The position numbers and the translations under genes are program-made. The notes beneath the pieces are model-generated. The model ran no database searches. It was not told where the DNA came from and was given only the letters and a program-made list of their open reading frames with translations. This document shows positions 12,116 to 21,944 of a DNA stretch of 64,000 nucleotides, in pieces; the stretch's first letter is position 1, and the number at the start of each line of letters is the position of its first letter. Source of the DNA: an uncultured Gammaproteobacteria bacterium (GTDB taxonomy: Bacteria; Pseudomonadota; Gammaproteobacteria; UBA9214); the NCBI GenBank assembly GCA_963748215.1, contig CAVVHS010000007.1, positions 160,001 through 224,000 of the forward strand, given 5' to 3'.

Positions 12116-12730
12116 TTACTCGGTCGGTGCGCCATAGCCGGGGCCTGGGCCGTAGCCTGGGCCGTAGCCGGGTCCGGGGCCGTAGCCGGGGCCTGGGCCG
12201 TAACCCGGTCCGGGGCCGTAACCGGGGCCCGGTCCGTAACCTTCCTCCCGGCCTCCACCCATGCCGAATCCCGAGCCGTCGCCATCACGCGGACCGTAGC
12301 CGCGGTCGCGGCCGTAGTCACGATTGCTGCGGTCGCGGCCGTAATCCCGGTTGCTGCGGTTACCCATGCCGAAACCGGAGCCTGAACCTGAGCCCGTGTC
12401 GCTGTCATTGCCCGGACCTTGGCTATTGCCCGGTCCCGGTCCATACCCGGCCTCGCGCCCGTCGCCTGGCCCGTACTGGCGTTGATAGCGCTGTTCATGG
12501 CGATTCTGGTAGCTCTCGCCATAGCCGCGGTCGCGGCCGTAATCCCGGTTGCTGCGACTGCCCATGCCGAAGCCCGAGCCGCTGCCCTCGCGCGGGCCGT
12601 AGCTGGAGTCGCGATCCTGGCCGCGGCTGGAGCCCATGCCCATGCCACCGGCTTCGGCCGTGGTTATCACCATCGAGCCGGCCAGCGCCATGGCGGCCAG
12701 GATGCTGGAAATCTGGAATGATCGTTTCAA
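12116..12730 (-). CDS. Secreted Gly/Arg/Tyr/Pro-rich low-complexity repeat protein
   Basis: Signal peptide MKRSFQISSILAAMALAG...AEA; AGAAGGAG RBS; GYGPGP and NRDYGRDR repeats. Confidence 0.8.
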   Translation of the reverse strand: MKRSFQISSILAAMALAGSMVITTAEAGGMGMGSSRGQDRDSSYGPREGSGSGFGMGSRSNRDYGRDRGYGESYQNRHEQRYQRQYGPGDGREAGYGPGPGNSQGPGNDSDTGSGSGSGFGMGNRSNRDYGRDRSNRDYGRDRGYGPRDGDGSGFGMGGGREEGYGPGPGYGPGPGYGPGPGYGPGPGYGPGYGPGPGYGAPTE

Positions 12731-13035
12731 GTTGTATTCTCCTTCTGAACTGTTAGGGTTTTGTTTGGCGCGGCTATATCGCGCGCTTCACGCACTTCCG
12801 GTGCGCGCTGTTCATAATGCGCCACAATTCCGCCATTGCCAAATGGTCCCGGTCAAGCGCCGTGGTGTTCCCGGGGCCGCCGGTGTTCGCGCGCCGCGAC
12901 TTCTGTCCTCGCAGGGTGCTGATTCCAGTCGGAAACATCGCTGCCGATACTTTGCAAACAGTGCGCCGTGGTTATATCGTTCACGGCCTCGCAAGCCGGG
13001 AATACAACCGGCGTTCAACCGGGAAAATACGAACC

Positions 13036-14406
13036 ATGCAGTATGAAACCATTGATGCCGTGATCACTCCGCAAGGCAGTCTCGACGTGCTGTCGCGGGC
13101 CGAGGTCGCCAAGCTTCTCGATACCACCAAGGGCGGTCTGTACAGCACACTGCGCAACTGTGCGCTGGCGGTGCTGAACGTGGGCAGCATGCTGGACGAC
13201 GGCAAGGAATTGCTGGAGCGCTACAAGTCCTTCGACATCCAGATCATCCCGGAAGAGCGCGGTATCAAGCTCAAGGTCACCGGCGCGCCGGCCAGTGCCT
13301 TCGTCGACGGCGTCATGATCAAGGGCATCAGCGAGCACCTGCTGGCGGTGCTGCGCGACGTGGTGTACGTCAGCGACAAGATCGCCACCAATCCGAAGTT
13401 CGACCTGGTGTCCTCGGAAGGTATCACCAACGCCGTGTTCCACATGCTGCGCAACGCCAACATCCTGCGCCCGCTGACCAACCCGCGCCTGGTGGTGTGC
13501 TGGGGCGGCCACTCGATCAGCCGCGAGGAATACGATTACACCAAGGAAGTCGGCTACGCGCTCGGGCTGCGCGGCCTCGACACCTGCACGGGCTGCGGCC
13601 CGGGTGCAATGAAAGGCCCGATGAAGGGCGCGACCATCGGTCACGCCAAGCAGCGTATCCGCGACGGCCAGTACCTCGGTATCACCGAACCCGGCATCAT
13701 CGCTGCCGAATCGCCCAACCCGATCGTCAATGACCTGGTGATCCTGCCGGATATCGAGAAGCGCCTGGAGGCGTTCGTGCGCACCGGCCACGGTATCGTG
13801 GTGTTTCCCGGCGGCGTGGGCACCGCCGAGGAAATTCTCTACGTGCTCGGTATCCTGCTGCACCCGGATAACGCGAAGTTGCCGTTCCCGCTCATCTTCA
13901 CCGGTCCGGCCGGGTCCGCCGACTACTTCCGCGAGATCGATGCCTTCATCGGCGCCACCCTTGGACCCGATGCGCAGCGCCGCTATTCGATCATTGTCGA
14001 TGACCCGGAACGCGTGGCACACGATATGAAACGTGGTATCTCGGAGGTGCGCGAGTACCGCAAACACCGCGACGATGCCTATTATTTCAACTGGTCGCTG
14101 AAGATCGAGCTGGAATTCCAGCGGCCGTTCGTACCAACCCATGAAAACATGAGCAACCTGCAGCTGCACCGGGACCAGCCACGTCACACCCTGGCGGCCA
14201 ACCTGCGGCGCGCGTTCTCCGGTATCGTCGCCGGCAATGTCAAGAACGATGGTATCCGTGCCATCGAGAAATACGGCCATTTCGAGATCCGCGGCGACGC
14301 CACCGTCCTGGGCCCGCTGGATTCGTTGCTAAAGTCTTTCGTCGCGCAGCAGCGCATGAAACTGCCGGGCACGGAATACGTGCCCTGCTACCGTATCGTG
14401 AAGTAG
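13036..14406 (+). CDS. ppnN: Nucleotide 5'-monophosphate nucleosidase PpnN (LOG/YgdH family)
   Basis: VVCWGGHSI, TGCGPGAMKGPMKGA, PGGVGTAEE and C-terminal YVPCY; 456 aa. Confidence 0.93.
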   Translation: MQYETIDAVITPQGSLDVLSRAEVAKLLDTTKGGLYSTLRNCALAVLNVGSMLDDGKELLERYKSFDIQIIPEERGIKLKVTGAPASAFVDGVMIKGISEHLLAVLRDVVYVSDKIATNPKFDLVSSEGITNAVFHMLRNANILRPLTNPRLVVCWGGHSISREEYDYTKEVGYALGLRGLDTCTGCGPGAMKGPMKGATIGHAKQRIRDGQYLGITEPGIIAAESPNPIVNDLVILPDIEKRLEAFVRTGHGIVVFPGGVGTAEEILYVLGILLHPDNAKLPFPLIFTGPAGSADYFREIDAFIGATLGPDAQRRYSIIVDDPERVAHDMKRGISEVREYRKHRDDAYYFNWSLKIELEFQRPFVPTHENMSNLQLHRDQPRHTLAANLRRAFSGIVAGNVKNDGIRAIEKYGHFEIRGDATVLGPLDSLLKSFVAQQRMKLPGTEYVPCYRIVK

Positions 14407-14679
14407 GGTGCGTTCTACGCACCGCTAATGATGCACAAATTACATCCTGCAACTGAATCAGAAAATGTGAAACGTGAGACGTGAGACGTGAAAAGTAGAA
14501 TAGCCACGGAAGCACACGGAAGGACACGGAAAATTGATTATTACCGAGTGCGTTCTACGCACCAATAAGGGTGCACAAATTGCAACCTGCAACAGCAACG
14601 GTACACAAAAGGGACCCGATTACCTTTACATGCAGGGTATATTCTACACACGGGTAATGGTGCACGGAGTGCACCCTAC
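14403..14679. repeat. REP/composite repeat cluster between convergent genes
   Basis: GTAGGGTGCGTTCTACGCACC, GAGACGT tandem, CACGGAA x3, GGTGCACGGAGTGCACCCTAC. Confidence 0.85.
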
Positions 14680-15371
14680 ATCTTCCTGAACTCCAGGAAA
14701 TAATTGGTGCGCAGCAGCGGCTTGTCGTCCACCAGCCTGAAGCCGGCGGCCTGCACCTCGCGGATCACCTGGTCCCGGTCGCCGCGCACGTGTGACATGA
14801 CCCAGCGCGAGCTGATGCGTGGATCACGGTGGAAGTCGATAATGATAAGCCGCCCACCCCGGCGCAATGCACGGTGGATGGAGGCCAGCATGTCGTCCGG
14901 GTATTCGAAGTGATGGTAGGTGGCGGTGACGAAGGCCAGGTCGACGGCGTCATCGGGCAGGCCGGTGGTGTGCTGTGAATTGATAATACCCTGCACATTG
15001 GTCAGCCCCTGTTCGCGGCAGGTGCGCAGGATGTTCTCGACAAAGGTGTCGGAGATGTCGACCGCGTACACCGTGCCGCCGGGTTCGACCGCCGGTGCAA
15101 ACAGGCGGGTGAACAGGCCGGTACCGGCGCCGATGTCGGCCACCGTCATGCCGGGACGTACGGCACTGGCGGTGACAATGGCCTCGCGCCGTTCATACAC
15201 CTCGCGATCGCGCCGTTCGAAGGTACTGACCCACTGCTGCCAGTTCGGGTGTTCGTAGCTGCGGTTGATGCCGGGGCGGACGCTTTGCTCCTGCGCCGCG
15301 AGCGAGCCGGCGGCCAGCAGCAGGGTCAGTACAAACAGCACGAACGAACGGCGGCGGAGCAGGGCGGTCAT
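14676..15371 (-). CDS. Secreted class I SAM-dependent methyltransferase
   Basis: VADIGAGTG motif I, YAVDI, TYHHF; N-terminal signal peptide. Confidence 0.88.
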   Translation of the reverse strand: MTALLRRRSFVLFVLTLLLAAGSLAAQEQSVRPGINRSYEHPNWQQWVSTFERRDREVYERREAIVTASAVRPGMTVADIGAGTGLFTRLFAPAVEPGGTVYAVDISDTFVENILRTCREQGLTNVQGIINSQHTTGLPDDAVDLAFVTATYHHFEYPDDMLASIHRALRRGGRLIIIDFHRDPRISSRWVMSHVRGDRDQVIREVQAAGFRLVDDKPLLRTNYFLEFRKM

Positions 15372-15465
15372 GGCTGATAGCATAGCTGCTGGATTCGCCG
15401 TGGTCAGGCCGGCGAGTTGCGCGACTATAATCAAACTGTCCAGACGCTTCTTAAGGAACTGCAGA

Positions 15466-16320
15466 ATGAAAGGTAACTGCTTGATGGCCTTGCTGTTCAT
15501 GGCTCTGCCAGGTGCCGTGTCGGCCGGCCCGGCTGGCAACCCCTGGTGGTGGGACGATGCCTGGTGGAACGACGGCCTGCTGACGGCGCCGGAAAATTTC
15601 GCCACCGAGACACGCTGGATCAACTATCAGAGCGGGGACGTGGAGGTTCCGGCCATGGTGGTGCGACCGGCACAGCCAGGCAGGTTTCCGGCGGTACTCT
15701 TCCAGCACGGCCGGCGCGGGCTGGACAGCCTGGTGCAGCGGCTGGCGCAACGCATTGCGGCGCGCGGCTTCGTGGTGCTGGCCCCGGATATCTACACCGC
15801 GCACTTCATCGGTACGCACCCGATCGAACACGATTATGCATTGGAAAAGGATGTCGATGCCGCGGTCGACGTGCTGCTGGCGCGTGATGACATCAGCGGT
15901 ACCCGGGCGTGCCTGTATTCCCATACGCGAGGCGGCTACTACGCCCTCAAGGTGGCGACCACATTCAAACGCCAGGAACGTGATATCGCCTGTTATGTCG
16001 CCACTTACCCGCACCTGCAGGATCCGAATGCCCCCGAGCCACTGCAGGTCTACGGTTATGCGCCCGAGATCGAAGACCTGATGTTGCCGACGCTGGTCTT
16101 CATCGGTGACGAGGAGCAATACCAGCGCCGGCGAGTGATCGAGACCAGCATCAAGATACTGCAGGACAAGGGCCGGGATGCCCGACTGGTGATCTATCCC
16201 GGTGTCGGGCGCGGTTTCGATTTCCGCGATGCGGATGTTCGCACCTTTGCCGATGATCTGGCCTCGAAAGATGCCGTGCAGCGCGCGGCGGAGTTCATGC
16301 GCACGCATCTCGCGCAGTAG
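15466..16320 (+). CDS. Dienelactone hydrolase-like alpha/beta-fold protein with an altered catalytic triad
   Basis: FPAVLFQHG and RGFVVLAPD motifs; nucleophile elbow reads SHTRGG; His motif reads YPGVGRGF; signal peptide. Confidence 0.8.
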   Translation: MKGNCLMALLFMALPGAVSAGPAGNPWWWDDAWWNDGLLTAPENFATETRWINYQSGDVEVPAMVVRPAQPGRFPAVLFQHGRRGLDSLVQRLAQRIAARGFVVLAPDIYTAHFIGTHPIEHDYALEKDVDAAVDVLLARDDISGTRACLYSHTRGGYYALKVATTFKRQERDIACYVATYPHLQDPNAPEPLQVYGYAPEIEDLMLPTLVFIGDEEQYQRRRVIETSIKILQDKGRDARLVIYPGVGRGFDFRDADVRTFADDLASKDAVQRAAEFMRTHLAQ

Positions 16321-16530
16321 GTGCGGATGCGCTCCGCGATCAATTTAAATATCGCATCGCGCATGAGATGCGCTCCTACTCTCAATAAGAGTTGCCGGTG
16401 CGTAAAACGCACCCTACGTCCGGGTTTTATTTTTCCGTGTTGTTCCGTGGATTCCGTGGCCATTATCTATCGCGCATGAGATGCGCTCCTGCGCCAATAG
16501 ACGCTCCTGTCGGAGCGGACGCTGTCCGCG
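16317..16530. repeat. GTAG REP cluster (GTAGGAGCGCATCTCATGCGCGA family and others)
   Basis: Copies at 16357-16379 and 16470-16492; same 23-mer at 23389, 29713, 29793, 32126, 44086 and 44191. Confidence 0.85.
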
Positions 16531-16588
16531 AATGAAACAACCGTTGCGGGTGGAAATAAACTGATATGCCGCCATAATGCCCGGTACG

Positions 16589-16828
16589 ATGCCTGCCTGC
16601 GCGCACTGCAATTACCCGGGGCGGCCGCGCCTGCAGCCGGCCTGGCTGCTGTGGCTGGCCATCCTGGTGTGGCTGGTGCCACTGGGCTTCCTGGCGCAGG
16701 GCTACTGGCCGTTTTTCCTGCTGCCTGCCGTGGCCATCAGCGCGTGGGCCTTTACCGCTGTGCGCCGCACCTGCCCGAACTGTGGCACAGTAGGATCGAC
16801 ACGCAAGCCGGGCGCTGGCCCGCGGTAA
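16589..16828 (+). CDS. Small membrane protein with a CxxC...TM hairpin...CxxC arrangement
   Basis: CAHC, two hydrophobic helices, CPNC; directly upstream of xdhC. Confidence 0.6.
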   Translation: MPACAHCNYPGRPRLQPAWLLWLAILVWLVPLGFLAQGYWPFFLLPAVAISAWAFTAVRRTCPNCGTVGSTRKPGAGPR

Positions 16829-16856
16829 CCAGGAGACCGAATCTGCGACCGACACC

Positions 16857-17843
16857 ATGAAACCACTGTACAGCACCGACCGCGAAGTCCTGGACACGGC
16901 CATCCGCTGGCTGGAGGCGGGGCAGCGCCCGCTCCTGGTGACGGTGGCGAAGACCTGGGGATCGTCGCCGCGCCCGCCCGGCGCCCTGATGCTGATGGCT
17001 GCCGACGGACGCCAGGTCGGCTCGGTGTCGGGCGGTTGCGTGGAGGCAGACCTGGTATCGCGCTACCAGGACGGGCAGCTCGGCGACCGGTTCCCGACCC
17101 TGATCGACTACGGCGTCGACCACGCGCAGGCGAGCCGGCTCGGCCTGCCCTGCGGCGGACGGCTGGAGCTGCTGGTCGAACAGCTCGACAGCGCGGCTCC
17201 GCTCCGGCACATCCTGGAGCGAACCGGCGCCGGGCAACTGGTGACGCGGCGCGTCTGCCTGGCTACCGGCGAGGTGAGCCTGCATACAACCACCGATGCC
17301 GCCGACGCCTTCAGTTACCAGGTCGACGTCCTCAACAAACTGTTCGGTCCGCGCTGGCGGTTGTTACTGATCGGCGACGGTGAACTGGCCCGCTATGTCA
17401 CGCAACTGGCATTGACGCTGGATTATCACGTCATCATTTGCGATCCGCGCGACATACCAGAGGCGGCACCACTCCCGGAGGGTGTCGACCGCGTACATAC
17501 GATGCCCGACGAGGCGGTACAGGCCTGGGTCACGCATGCGCGCAGCGTGGTCATTGCCCTGACGCACGATCCGAAACTCGATGACATGGCGTTGCTCGAT
17601 GCACTGGATTCACCGGCCTTCTATGTCGGTGCCATCGGCTCGCGACTCAACAGTGCGCGGCGCCGCGAGCGCCTGCAGGCGCTCGGCCTGACCGACGCAC
17701 AAGTGCAGCGCCTGCATGCCCCGGTCGGCCTGCCGATCGGCAGCCATGCACCGCCCGAGATCGCGCTGTCGATCATGGCCGAGATCACGGCGCTGCGAAA
17801 CCGGGTGCAGCCCGTGGCCGCGGTACCGGCCATGCCTGCATGA
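16857..17843 (+). CDS. xdhC: XdhC/CoxI-family molybdoenzyme maturation factor
   Basis: TWGSSPRPPG, GSVSGGCVE, LPCGG, THDPKLDD, YVGAIGS. Confidence 0.93.
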   Translation: MKPLYSTDREVLDTAIRWLEAGQRPLLVTVAKTWGSSPRPPGALMLMAADGRQVGSVSGGCVEADLVSRYQDGQLGDRFPTLIDYGVDHAQASRLGLPCGGRLELLVEQLDSAAPLRHILERTGAGQLVTRRVCLATGEVSLHTTTDAADAFSYQVDVLNKLFGPRWRLLLIGDGELARYVTQLALTLDYHVIICDPRDIPEAAPLPEGVDRVHTMPDEAVQAWVTHARSVVIALTHDPKLDDMALLDALDSPAFYVGAIGSRLNSARRRERLQALGLTDAQVQRLHAPVGLPIGSHAPPEIALSIMAEITALRNRVQPVAAVPAMPA

Positions 17844-18412
17844 GGCCGGCCTGCACCGCCATCCTGCTGGCCGCGGGGCAGGGCACGCGCTTCGGCGCCA
17901 ACAAGCTGCTGCAAGCCCTGGCGGACGGCACGCCGATGGCCGTCGCCTGTGCACGCACGCTGCAGTCCGTGCCGGCACAGTGCCTCGCCGTGGTCGACGA
18001 TCCGCAGGGTGCGGTCGCAGGGTTGCTGGCGGATGCGGGCCTGCGGATCGTCGCCAACCCGCAGGCGCACGCCGGCATGGGCACGAGCATTGCCTGCGGC
18101 GTGGCCGCCAGTGCGACGGCAGCTGGCTGGATCATTGCACTGGCCGATATGCCGTACGTGCCGGCCGGCGTGGTGCAGCAGGTGGCCGACCGGCTGGTGC
18201 AGGGCGCGGACCTGGTGGCGCCGGTCTGGCACGGCCGGCGCGGCCACCCGGTCGGATTCGCGGCACGCCACGGGCCGGCCCTGCGAGCGCTGCGCGACGA
18301 CCGGGGTGCGCGCGACATCCTTGACGCCCACCGTAACTCGCTGGAATTGATCGAAACAACGGACCGCGGCGTCATTATCGACATCGACACCCCGGCGGCA
18401 CTGGCGCGCTGA
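17840..18412 (+). CDS. mocA: Molybdenum cofactor cytidylyltransferase (MocA-like)
   Basis: LLAAGQGTRFGANKL, ALADMP, GHPVGF, DIDTP; ATGA overlap with xdhC. Confidence 0.85.
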   Translation: MRPACTAILLAAGQGTRFGANKLLQALADGTPMAVACARTLQSVPAQCLAVVDDPQGAVAGLLADAGLRIVANPQAHAGMGTSIACGVAASATAAGWIIALADMPYVPAGVVQQVADRLVQGADLVAPVWHGRRGHPVGFAARHGPALRALRDDRGARDILDAHRNSLELIETTDRGVIIDIDTPAALAR

Positions 18413-18497
18413 TGTCATACAATCGTCCATGACAGCGCCGCACCATTTCCATTAACATGGGCTCCCTGGTGTCGTGCAAGTGCTCAGGAGGTGGGTG

Positions 18498-18962
18498 ATG
18501 CTGCAACTGAAAGTGAACGGTCAGCTCCACGAGCTGGACATCGATCCCGCCACGCCGCTGCTGTGGGCGCTGCGCGACCACCTGCACCTGTACGGCACCA
18601 AGTACGGCTGCGGCATCGGCCTGTGCGGTTCCTGCACGGTGCATATCGATGACAACGCGGTACGCGCCTGCCTGGTGACGGTCGCTGACGTCAGCGGCAA
18701 GGCCGTCACCACCATCGAGGGCCTGGCGCCGGACAGCGAACCGGTGCAGCTGGCCTGGCAGGCCTTCCAGGTGCCGCAATGCGGCTACTGCCAGCCGGGC
18801 ATGATCATGGCCAGCGTCGCCCTGTTGCGTGACAAGCCATCACCCACCGATGCCGACATCGACGCCGCGATCACCAATATCTGCCGCTGCGGCACCTACA
18901 ACCGCGTGCGCCAGGCCATCCACGCGGCCGCCGCCGGGAAAAAGGAGGGCGCCGATGTCTGA
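18498..18962 (+). CDS. 2Fe-2S small subunit of an aldehyde/isoquinoline oxidoreductase (IorA-like)
   Basis: GTKYGCGIGLCGSCTV, QCGYCQPG, NICRCGTY. Confidence 0.93.
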   Translation: MLQLKVNGQLHELDIDPATPLLWALRDHLHLYGTKYGCGIGLCGSCTVHIDDNAVRACLVTVADVSGKAVTTIEGLAPDSEPVQLAWQAFQVPQCGYCQPGMIMASVALLRDKPSPTDADIDAAITNICRCGTYNRVRQAIHAAAAGKKEGADV

Positions 18963-21129
18963 GTCCTACAAACTGACGCGTCGTGCCTTCCTGGTGCGCA
19001 GCGGCGTGGCCGGTGCCGGCCTGCTGCTGGGCTTTCACCTGCCCGCGCGGCGCAAGTTCGCCGCGGCACCCGTGGCCGGAACAGAAGCCGGCCAGCCGGC
19101 CGAGGTCAATGCCTGGATCGAGATCCATCCGGACGACAGCGTGCTGATCCGCGTCGCACGTTCCGAGATGGGGCAGGGTATCTTCACGGCGCTGCCCATG
19201 CTGGTGGCGGAGGAGCTGGACTGCGACTGGGGCAAGGTGCGCGCGGAATATGCCTCGGCCAGCGAGAACCGGCGCCGCGGCGAGGTCTACCGCTCGATGA
19301 GCACCGGCGGCAGTCGCTCGGTGCGCGATTCCAACGATTACCTGCGCATGGCCGGTGCGGTGGCGCGCGAGATGCTGGTCGCGGCGGCAGCCAGCCAGTG
19401 GAAGGTACCGGAGGAGGAATGCCGCACCGCCGACAGCGTCATTACCCACACGCCCAGCGGGCTCACCAAGCGCTATGGCGCGGTGGCCGCGGCGGCCGCG
19501 CAACGGCAACCGCCGGAACTGGTATTTCTCAAGGAACCCGACGAGTGGCGCCTGCTGGGTACACCGGTGCAGCGCCTGGACATCCCGGACAAGATCGCCG
19601 GCAAGCCCGTGTTCGGCGCCGACGTGAACCTGCCCGGCATGCTGCATGCCGCGATCCGCGCCTGCCCGGTGTTCGGCGGCAAACTCAGGCAGCATGACGC
19701 CGCGGCGATCGCGAAGCGGCCCGGCGTGGTGCAGGTGGTGGCACTCGACGATGCCGTGGCGGTGGTGGCGGAGAGCTGGTGGCAGGCACAGCAGGCGCTG
19801 CTTGACCTGCCGGTGACATGGGACGAGGCTGGAAACGGTGCCGTTGCCGATTCCGACATCCGCGCCAGTCTCGAGGCCGGGCTGGCAGTGGAGGAGGCGG
19901 TGGTCATGGCCGAACACGGCAAGCCGGACAGCGTCTTCGCTTCACCCGCGCAACAGGTCGAGGCGATCTTCTACGCGCCCTACCTCGCGCACGCGACCAT
20001 GGAGCCCATGACCTGCACCGCGGCCGTGCACAGTGACGGCCGTGTCGAGGTCTGGGTGCCGACGCAGAACGCGAGTGCCAGCCTGGAGGCCGCGGCGCGT
20101 GCCGCAGGTGTCGATCCGCTGCGGGTCGAGGTGCACAACACGCAGCTCGGCGGCGGCTTCGGCCGGCGCGGCACCAGCCAGGATTTTACCGAGCAGGCCG
20201 TGCGCATCGCCAAACAGGTCGGCCGGCCCGTGAAGCTGTTGTGGTCACGCGAGGAAGACACGCAGCATGACTTCTACCGCCCGGCCAGCATGGCGCGCCT
20301 GACGGCTGCGCTCAACGACAAGGGACACCTGACCGGTCTGCGCGCGCGCGTCGCCGCGCCCTCCATCCTGACCTCGCTGGGTATGAAGGCGTCAGACGGC
20401 AGTGACCCGATCGCGCTGCAGGGCCTGGCCGACACCTTCTATGCCGTGCCCCATCTGCGCGCGGACTTCGCCCTGCGCACGCTGCACGTGCCGGTCGGAT
20501 TCTGGCGTTCGGTGAACCATTCCCAGAACGCGTATTTCCGCGAACACTTTCTCGACCAGGTGGCGCGCGCGGCCGGTCAGGACCCGTACCGGTTCCGGCT
20601 CGACCTGCTCAAGGAGGCGCCGAAGCAGCGCGCCGTGCTGCAGGCGGTCGCGGAGCAGGCCGGCTGGGACAAGCCGCTGGCGAAAAACACCTTCCGCGGC
20701 ATCGCGGTGGAGACCAGCTACGGCAGTCACTGCGCGCAGGTGGTGGAGGTCAGGGTCAACGACGACCGTACCTTCCAGCTGCTGCGCGTGTTCTGTGCCA
20801 TCGATCCCGGACACGTGGTCAACCCGGATACCATCGCCGCCCAGGTCGAAAGCGCGATCACCTACGGCCTGACCGCCGCGCTGTTCGGCGACATCACCAT
20901 CAGCAAGGGCCGGGTGCAGCAGGGCAACTTCGACGATTACCCGATGTTGACCCTGCGCCAGATGCCGCTGGTGGAAACCCGCATCGTCGCCAGCGGCGAC
21001 TTCTGGGGCGGTATGGGCGAGCCGCCACTGCCGCCGGTTACCCCGGCGTTGTGCAACGCCCTGTATGCCGCCACCGGCAAGCCCATCAACTCCCTGCCGC
21101 TGAGCGCACACGGCCTGCACCCGGCCTGA
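18955..21129 (+). CDS. Tat-exported molybdopterin-binding large subunit (IorB-like, xanthine dehydrogenase family)
   Basis: TRRAFL Tat motif, RSEMGQG, STGGSRS, LGGGFGRR, GFWRSV, GMGEPPLPP. Confidence 0.93.
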   Translation: MSESYKLTRRAFLVRSGVAGAGLLLGFHLPARRKFAAAPVAGTEAGQPAEVNAWIEIHPDDSVLIRVARSEMGQGIFTALPMLVAEELDCDWGKVRAEYASASENRRRGEVYRSMSTGGSRSVRDSNDYLRMAGAVAREMLVAAAASQWKVPEEECRTADSVITHTPSGLTKRYGAVAAAAAQRQPPELVFLKEPDEWRLLGTPVQRLDIPDKIAGKPVFGADVNLPGMLHAAIRACPVFGGKLRQHDAAAIAKRPGVVQVVALDDAVAVVAESWWQAQQALLDLPVTWDEAGNGAVADSDIRASLEAGLAVEEAVVMAEHGKPDSVFASPAQQVEAIFYAPYLAHATMEPMTCTAAVHSDGRVEVWVPTQNASASLEAAARAAGVDPLRVEVHNTQLGGGFGRRGTSQDFTEQAVRIAKQVGRPVKLLWSREEDTQHDFYRPASMARLTAALNDKGHLTGLRARVAAPSILTSLGMKASDGSDPIALQGLADTFYAVPHLRADFALRTLHVPVGFWRSVNHSQNAYFREHFLDQVARAAGQDPYRFRLDLLKEAPKQRAVLQAVAEQAGWDKPLAKNTFRGIAVETSYGSHCAQVVEVRVNDDRTFQLLRVFCAIDPGHVVNPDTIAAQVESAITYGLTAALFGDITISKGRVQQGNFDDYPMLTLRQMPLVETRIVASGDFWGGMGEPPLPPVTPALCNALYAATGKPINSLPLSAHGLHPA

Positions 21130-21283
21130 GTGGACGGCGCCTGCAGGTGTCGAAAAGCTGTTTCGCGCCAGGACGCAAACACGCAAAGGAAATCTCATCA
21201 GCGGGTGCGAGACGTGAGACGTGAAAAGAAGAATGGCCACGGAAGCAAATCACGGAATTCACGGAAGAACACGGATGAACAAT

Positions 21284-21944
21284 GCCCGGGCGCAGGGTGC
21301 GTTTTACGCACCGCGAACGGTGCACGGAGTGCACCCTACAAAAATAACGGCCACGGAATCCACGGAAGGGCACGGAAAAACACTGCCCGGGCGCAGGGTG
21401 CGTTTTACGCACCGCGAACGGTGCACGGAGTGCACCCTACAAAAATAACGGCCACGGAATCCACGGAAGGGCACGGAAAAACACTGCCCGGGCGCAGGGT
21501 GCGTTTTACGCACCGCGAATGGGGCACGGAGTGCACCCTACAAAAATAACGGCCACGGAATCCACGGAAGGACACGGAAAAATACTGCCCGGGCCCAGGG
21601 TGCGTTTTACGCGCCGCGAACGGTGCACGGAGTGCACCCTACAAAAATAATGGCCACGGAATCCACGGAAGGGCACGGAAAAATACTGCCCGTGTGTAGG
21701 GTGCGTTTTACGCACCGCGAATGGTGCACGGAGTGCACCCTACAAAAATAACGGCCACGGAATCCACGGAAGGGCACGGAAAAATACTGCCCGGGCGCAG
21801 GGTGCGTTTTACGCACCGCGAATGGTGCACGGAGTGCACCCTACAAAATAACGGCCACGGAATCCACGGAAGGACACGGAAAAATACTGCCCGGGCGCAG
21901 GGTGCGTTTTACGCACCGCGAGCGGGGCACGGAGTGCACCCTAC
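21284..21944. repeat. Tandem array of 101-bp units (7 REP doublets; BIME/REPIN-like)
   Basis: AGGGTGCGTTTTACGC recurs at ~21293, 21394, 21495, 21596, 21697, 21798 and 21898; units are near-identical with no unique spacers. Confidence 0.95.

Noticed and set aside
21284-21944. CRISPR array
   Set aside because: Inter-repeat segments are near-identical rather than unique spacers; no cas genes; the palindromes match dispersed GTAG REPs
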